From assembly GCA_039973685.1 (NCBI GenBank), contig JBDWKL010000020.1:40459-104458 (forward strand): a DNA stretch of 64,000 nt, given 5' to 3'. The position numbers and the translations under genes are program-made. The notes under the pieces were generated by a model. That model was given only the letters and a program-made list of their open reading frames with translations. It made no database searches and was not told where the DNA came from. Positions 60,917 to 64,000 of the stretch are shown here, piece by piece (within the stretch, counting starts at the first letter, position 1; every line of letters starts with the position of its first letter). Source of the DNA: Hyphomicrobiales bacterium (GTDB lineage Bacteria > Pseudomonadota > Alphaproteobacteria > Rhizobiales > JACESI01).

Positions 60917-62175
60917 CAGTCTGGCAAACTATCCTGCGCAATGATTTGCTCCGCCGTAAGGCGGGGCCTGATCACATGGAACTGGTCACCGTTGACCATC
61001 ACCTCAGGAATAAGTGGGCGCGTATTGTAGGTGCCTGCTTGCACGGCCCCATAAGCGCCTGCTGACATCACCGCAAACAAATCACCAGCCTCAGGTTTTG
61101 GCATGTTGCGGCCAAGTGCTAGATAATCACCCGTTTCACAGACCGGCCCAACAATATCCGCCTCAATCCATTCAGCATTTTGTGACGGTTCTGCGACTGG
61201 CATCACATCATGATAGGCCTCATAGAGCGTTGGCCGAATGAGATCGTTCATCGCTGCATTGCCAATCACGAAGGTTTTGCCCTCACCTTCTTTGACGTAG
61301 ATTACCTCACCAACCAAAATGCCAGCATTGCCAGCAATCAATCGGCCTGGCTCAAAAACAACCTGACAATCAAGCTCATCAATATGCGACCGCACAATTT
61401 TCGCGTAAGCACTTGGCTCAGGCGGCGGCGTGTTGTCTTGCTTGTAGGGAATACCAAGCCCACCACCAACATCCACATGGTCAATCGTATGGCCATTTGC
61501 CCGCAACGTCTTGATCAATTGGGCAAGCAAAGCAAAAGCATCATCAAACGGCTGTAGGTCCGTGATTTGGCTACCAATATGCATATCAATGCCTGTTGCC
61601 TTCACACCTGGAAGCTCTTTGGCCAAAGTGTAAATTCGCTCAGCATCCTTCCACGGAATACCGAACTTATTTTCAGATTTTCCTGTCGAAATTTTCGCAT
61701 GGGTCTTCGCATCAACATCAGGATTGATACGGAAGGAAACATGGGCTTCTTTCCCCAGCTCACTTGCAACACGGCTTAGCGCATGAAGTTCAGGCTCAGA
61801 TTCGACATTGATGCACAAAATGCCAGCGTTCACCGCCGCACTCAGTTCTTCGTCTGTTTTGCCAACGCCAGAAAACATGATTTTCTCAGGTGGTATGCCC
61901 GCTTTCAACGCACGGGTAAGCTCACCAATCGACACAACATCTGCACCACAGCCAAGTTTTGCAAGCGTGGTCAATACAGCCTGATTGGAGTTTGCCTTCA
62001 TGGCATAACAAACAACCGTATCAAGCCCATCAAACGCGCTTTTAAACACTTTATAATGGCGCTCGAATGTGGCTGTAGAATAACAATAAAACGGTGTTCC
62101 AACAGCTGCAGCAATAGCTGGCAAGGGCACGTCTTCGGCGTGTAAAACGCCATTTTTATAACTGAAATGATGCAT
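60910..62175 (-). CDS. lysA: diaminopimelate decarboxylase
   Basis: PLP-lysine context VCYAMKANS, plus GGGLGIPY and ...CETGD... Confidence 0.97.
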   Translation of the reverse strand: MHHFSYKNGVLHAEDVPLPAIAAAVGTPFYCYSTATFERHYKVFKSAFDGLDTVVCYAMKANSNQAVLTTLAKLGCGADVVSIGELTRALKAGIPPEKIMFSGVGKTDEELSAAVNAGILCINVESEPELHALSRVASELGKEAHVSFRINPDVDAKTHAKISTGKSENKFGIPWKDAERIYTLAKELPGVKATGIDMHIGSQITDLQPFDDAFALLAQLIKTLRANGHTIDHVDVGGGLGIPYKQDNTPPPEPSAYAKIVRSHIDELDCQVVFEPGRLIAGNAGILVGEVIYVKEGEGKTFVIGNAAMNDLIRPTLYEAYHDVMPVAEPSQNAEWIEADIVGPVCETGDYLALGRNMPKPEAGDLFAVMSAGAYGAVQAGTYNTRPLIPEVMVNGDQFHVIRPRLTAEQIIAQDSLPDWL

Positions 62176-62193
62176 GAGACTGTGGTCTTGTTG

Positions 62194-62436
62194 CTAAAGC
62201 AGGAAATCTAAGAGAAAGCCGCGTTTTTCTTTGCTTTTGGAAATAGGCTCTTGCCCATCGGCTTGCCCATCAATGGTTTCCGCAACAGTGGGCTTTTCAA
62301 GTGCTACATTGTTGCCTTTGTCGGGAACCTTCAGTTCATTGAGGCTTGGTTTCAAGCCACACCCAACTAGAAAGGTGGCTGCAGCCAAACACACAACACC
62401 AGATTTAAATCCAGATTTTAGCAATACGTGATCCAT
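62194..62436 (-). CDS. small lipoprotein (LptM/YifL-like position upstream of lysA)
   Basis: Lipobox FLVGC/G after MDHVLLKSGFKSGVVCLAAAT. Located between argH and lysA. The start could also be ATG 62460. The longer track ORF overlaps argH. Confidence 0.6.
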   Translation of the reverse strand: MDHVLLKSGFKSGVVCLAAATFLVGCGLKPSLNELKVPDKGNNVALEKPTVAETIDGQADGQEPISKSKEKRGFLLDFLL

Positions 62437-62467
62437 CTCAGACCCTGTTGTCGAAAACATATTAAAT

Positions 62468-63883
62468 TTATTCGGCTTTTTTTGCCTCTTGGTCAAGCGT
62501 TTCACTCCAACGCTTTGCTTCACGAGCAACATTTTCAGGCGACGTGCCCCCAAATGCTTTGCGACTAGCCACTGATTTTTCAACTGTCAGCACATCAAAT
62601 ATGCCATCAGTCAAACGCGGTTCAACAGTTTGCATCTGCTCTAACGTGAGACCATCAAGCCCTACGCCTTCACCCTCAGCTAGGGCAACAATCGCGCCCG
62701 TTACATGGTGCGCGTCACGGAAAGGCAGACCCAACTCACGCACCAACCAATCAGCAAGATCAGTGGCGGTGGAATATCCATGTCCGGCTGCCTCGCCCAA
62801 TTTTTCTAGGTTCGGCTTCATATCACCAACCATGCCAGTCATTGCAGCAATCACGAGAGACAGGTTTTCGAGAGCATCAAAGGTTTGCTCTTTATCTTCT
62901 TGCATGTCTTTAGAATAGGCGAGCGGTAGGCCCTTCATTACGATCATCAGCGCGTTCATCGCACCAATAATGCGACCTGCTTTAGCGCGCACCAACTCGG
63001 CAGCATCAGGATTACGCTTTTGCGGCATAATCGATGAACCTGTCGAAAACGCATCTGACAAGGTGACAAAACCAAATTGGGCAGAACACCAAATCACCAA
63101 TTCTTCGGCAAAGCGAGACAAGTGGATTGATGTAATAGAGGCAGCACCCAAGGCTTCGAGTGCAAAATCGCGGTCTGATACACCATCAAGCGAATTCGCT
63201 GTTGGACGGTCAAAACCAAGCGCTTCTGCCGTGCGGTGGCGATCAATCGGGAATGGCGTGCCAGCAAGGGCAGCACTACCAAGTGGGCATTCATTCAATC
63301 GCTTGCGCGCGTCTTGAAAGCGGCCACGATCACGGCCAATCATTTCGACATAAGCCATCATATGATGACCAAGTGTCACGGGTTGCGCCGTTTGCAAATG
63401 CGTAAAGCCGGGCATAACGCTCGCGGTATTCTCTTTGGCCACGCCAACAAAGGCCAACTGCAAATCACGCAACTGACCGTCAATCACATCAATTGTATCA
63501 CGCACCCAAAGTTTAAAATCAGTCGCGACTTGGTCGTTACGCGAGCGGGCTGTGTGCAATCTACCTGCTGCATCACCGATCAAATCGCGCAGCCGCGATT
63601 CCACATTCATATGAATATCTTCAAGGGCACGGGAAAACGCAAATTCGCCATTCTCGATTTCTGACGAGATTGTGTTTAGTCCTTCGACAATTTTATCACC
63701 ATCTTCCTTGGAAATTATGCCGCAATGCACCAACATAGAACAGTGGGCTTTTGAGCCGCGAATATCTTGGGCAGCTAATTTCTGGTCAAAGTCGATGGAC
63801 GCGTTGATTTCTTCCATGATAGCATCAGGGCCTTTCGCGAACCGACCGCCCCACATCTTGTTACCTGAACTCTTTTGTGTCAT
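62468..63883 (-). CDS. argH: argininosuccinate lyase
   Basis: Fumarate-lyase signature [12 protein letters not shown] and N-terminus ...[24 protein letters not shown]. Confidence 0.98.
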   Translation of the reverse strand: MTQKSSGNKMWGGRFAKGPDAIMEEINASIDFDQKLAAQDIRGSKAHCSMLVHCGIISKEDGDKIVEGLNTISSEIENGEFAFSRALEDIHMNVESRLRDLIGDAAGRLHTARSRNDQVATDFKLWVRDTIDVIDGQLRDLQLAFVGVAKENTASVMPGFTHLQTAQPVTLGHHMMAYVEMIGRDRGRFQDARKRLNECPLGSAALAGTPFPIDRHRTAEALGFDRPTANSLDGVSDRDFALEALGAASITSIHLSRFAEELVIWCSAQFGFVTLSDAFSTGSSIMPQKRNPDAAELVRAKAGRIIGAMNALMIVMKGLPLAYSKDMQEDKEQTFDALENLSLVIAAMTGMVGDMKPNLEKLGEAAGHGYSTATDLADWLVRELGLPFRDAHHVTGAIVALAEGEGVGLDGLTLEQMQTVEPRLTDGIFDVLTVEKSVASRKAFGGTSPENVAREAKRWSETLDQEAKKAE

Positions 63884-63920
63884 GTGCGACCTCGAAACGT
63901 AAAACTTGAAGGAATGCCCT

Positions 63921-64000
63921 ATGGCTGATCAGCCAAAAAAACGCGGATTAATTTTCTTTGCACTCGCCCTCATTTTAGGTGTGGGCGTTGGCGTGGTCAC
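63921..64000 (+). CDS. 5' end of a membrane-anchored protein (possibly a TlpA-like thiol:disulfide oxidoreductase; truncated by the window edge)
   Basis: ATG at 63921 gives [26 protein letters not shown]... (basic N-terminus plus TM segment). The TlpA guess rests only on the argH-divergent synteny I recall in Rhizobiales. Confidence 0.3.
   Translation, partial: MADQPKKRGLIFFALALILGVGVGVV

Overview
This 64 kb window reads as a mostly core chromosomal segment of an alphaproteobacterium. Its gene order resembles Hyphomicrobiales/Rhizobiales, and GC is roughly mid-to-high 40s by eye. About 66 protein genes are packed tightly on both strands.

Recognisable blocks:
- TCA cycle and respiration: zapE-mdh-sucC-[extra gene]-sucD-sucA, and sdhCDAB.
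- Cofactor and nucleotide genes: pdxY, can, rsmB, purH, queF, ubiG.
- A grxC/comF/nitrilase cluster.
- argJ-GNAT-mutT.
- secA.
- etfBA-hbd.
- ispA, mtgA, rpmF.
- ggt, plsC.
- ftsEX.
- hpt-cpdR.
- A TIGR02302-like low-complexity membrane protein, and one chemoreceptor.
- argH-lipoprotein-lysA.

I found no rRNA, tRNA, CRISPR array, transposase or integrase. Eight clear Rho-independent terminators are visible.

Loci the core annotation does not explain, in rough order of interest:
1. An AT-rich islet at 13.1-15.2 kb holds two tandem, divergently arranged modules, each a DUF1737-like small protein plus a polytopic membrane protein. One membrane gene is split at a T7 tract. The small genes show a purifying-selection signature.
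2. A 355-aa secreted coiled-coil protein is wedged between sucC and sucD, with a ribosome-binding site (RBS) inside the 3' end of sucC.
3. A proline-racemase-superfamily protein has both catalytic Cys replaced (Ser/Thr) and sits next to a DmpA-like peptidase.
4. Two orphan Flp-type pilin genes lie in tandem. One is missing from the ORF track and the other has a C-terminal extension.
5. A very basic lysozyme-like secreted protein lies next to a TPR/2OG-oxygenase.
6. A lower-GC chemoreceptor sits behind a 312-bp AT-rich region, inside an otherwise conserved lysA neighbourhood.

All family assignments come from motif recognition by eye. No database searches were run.
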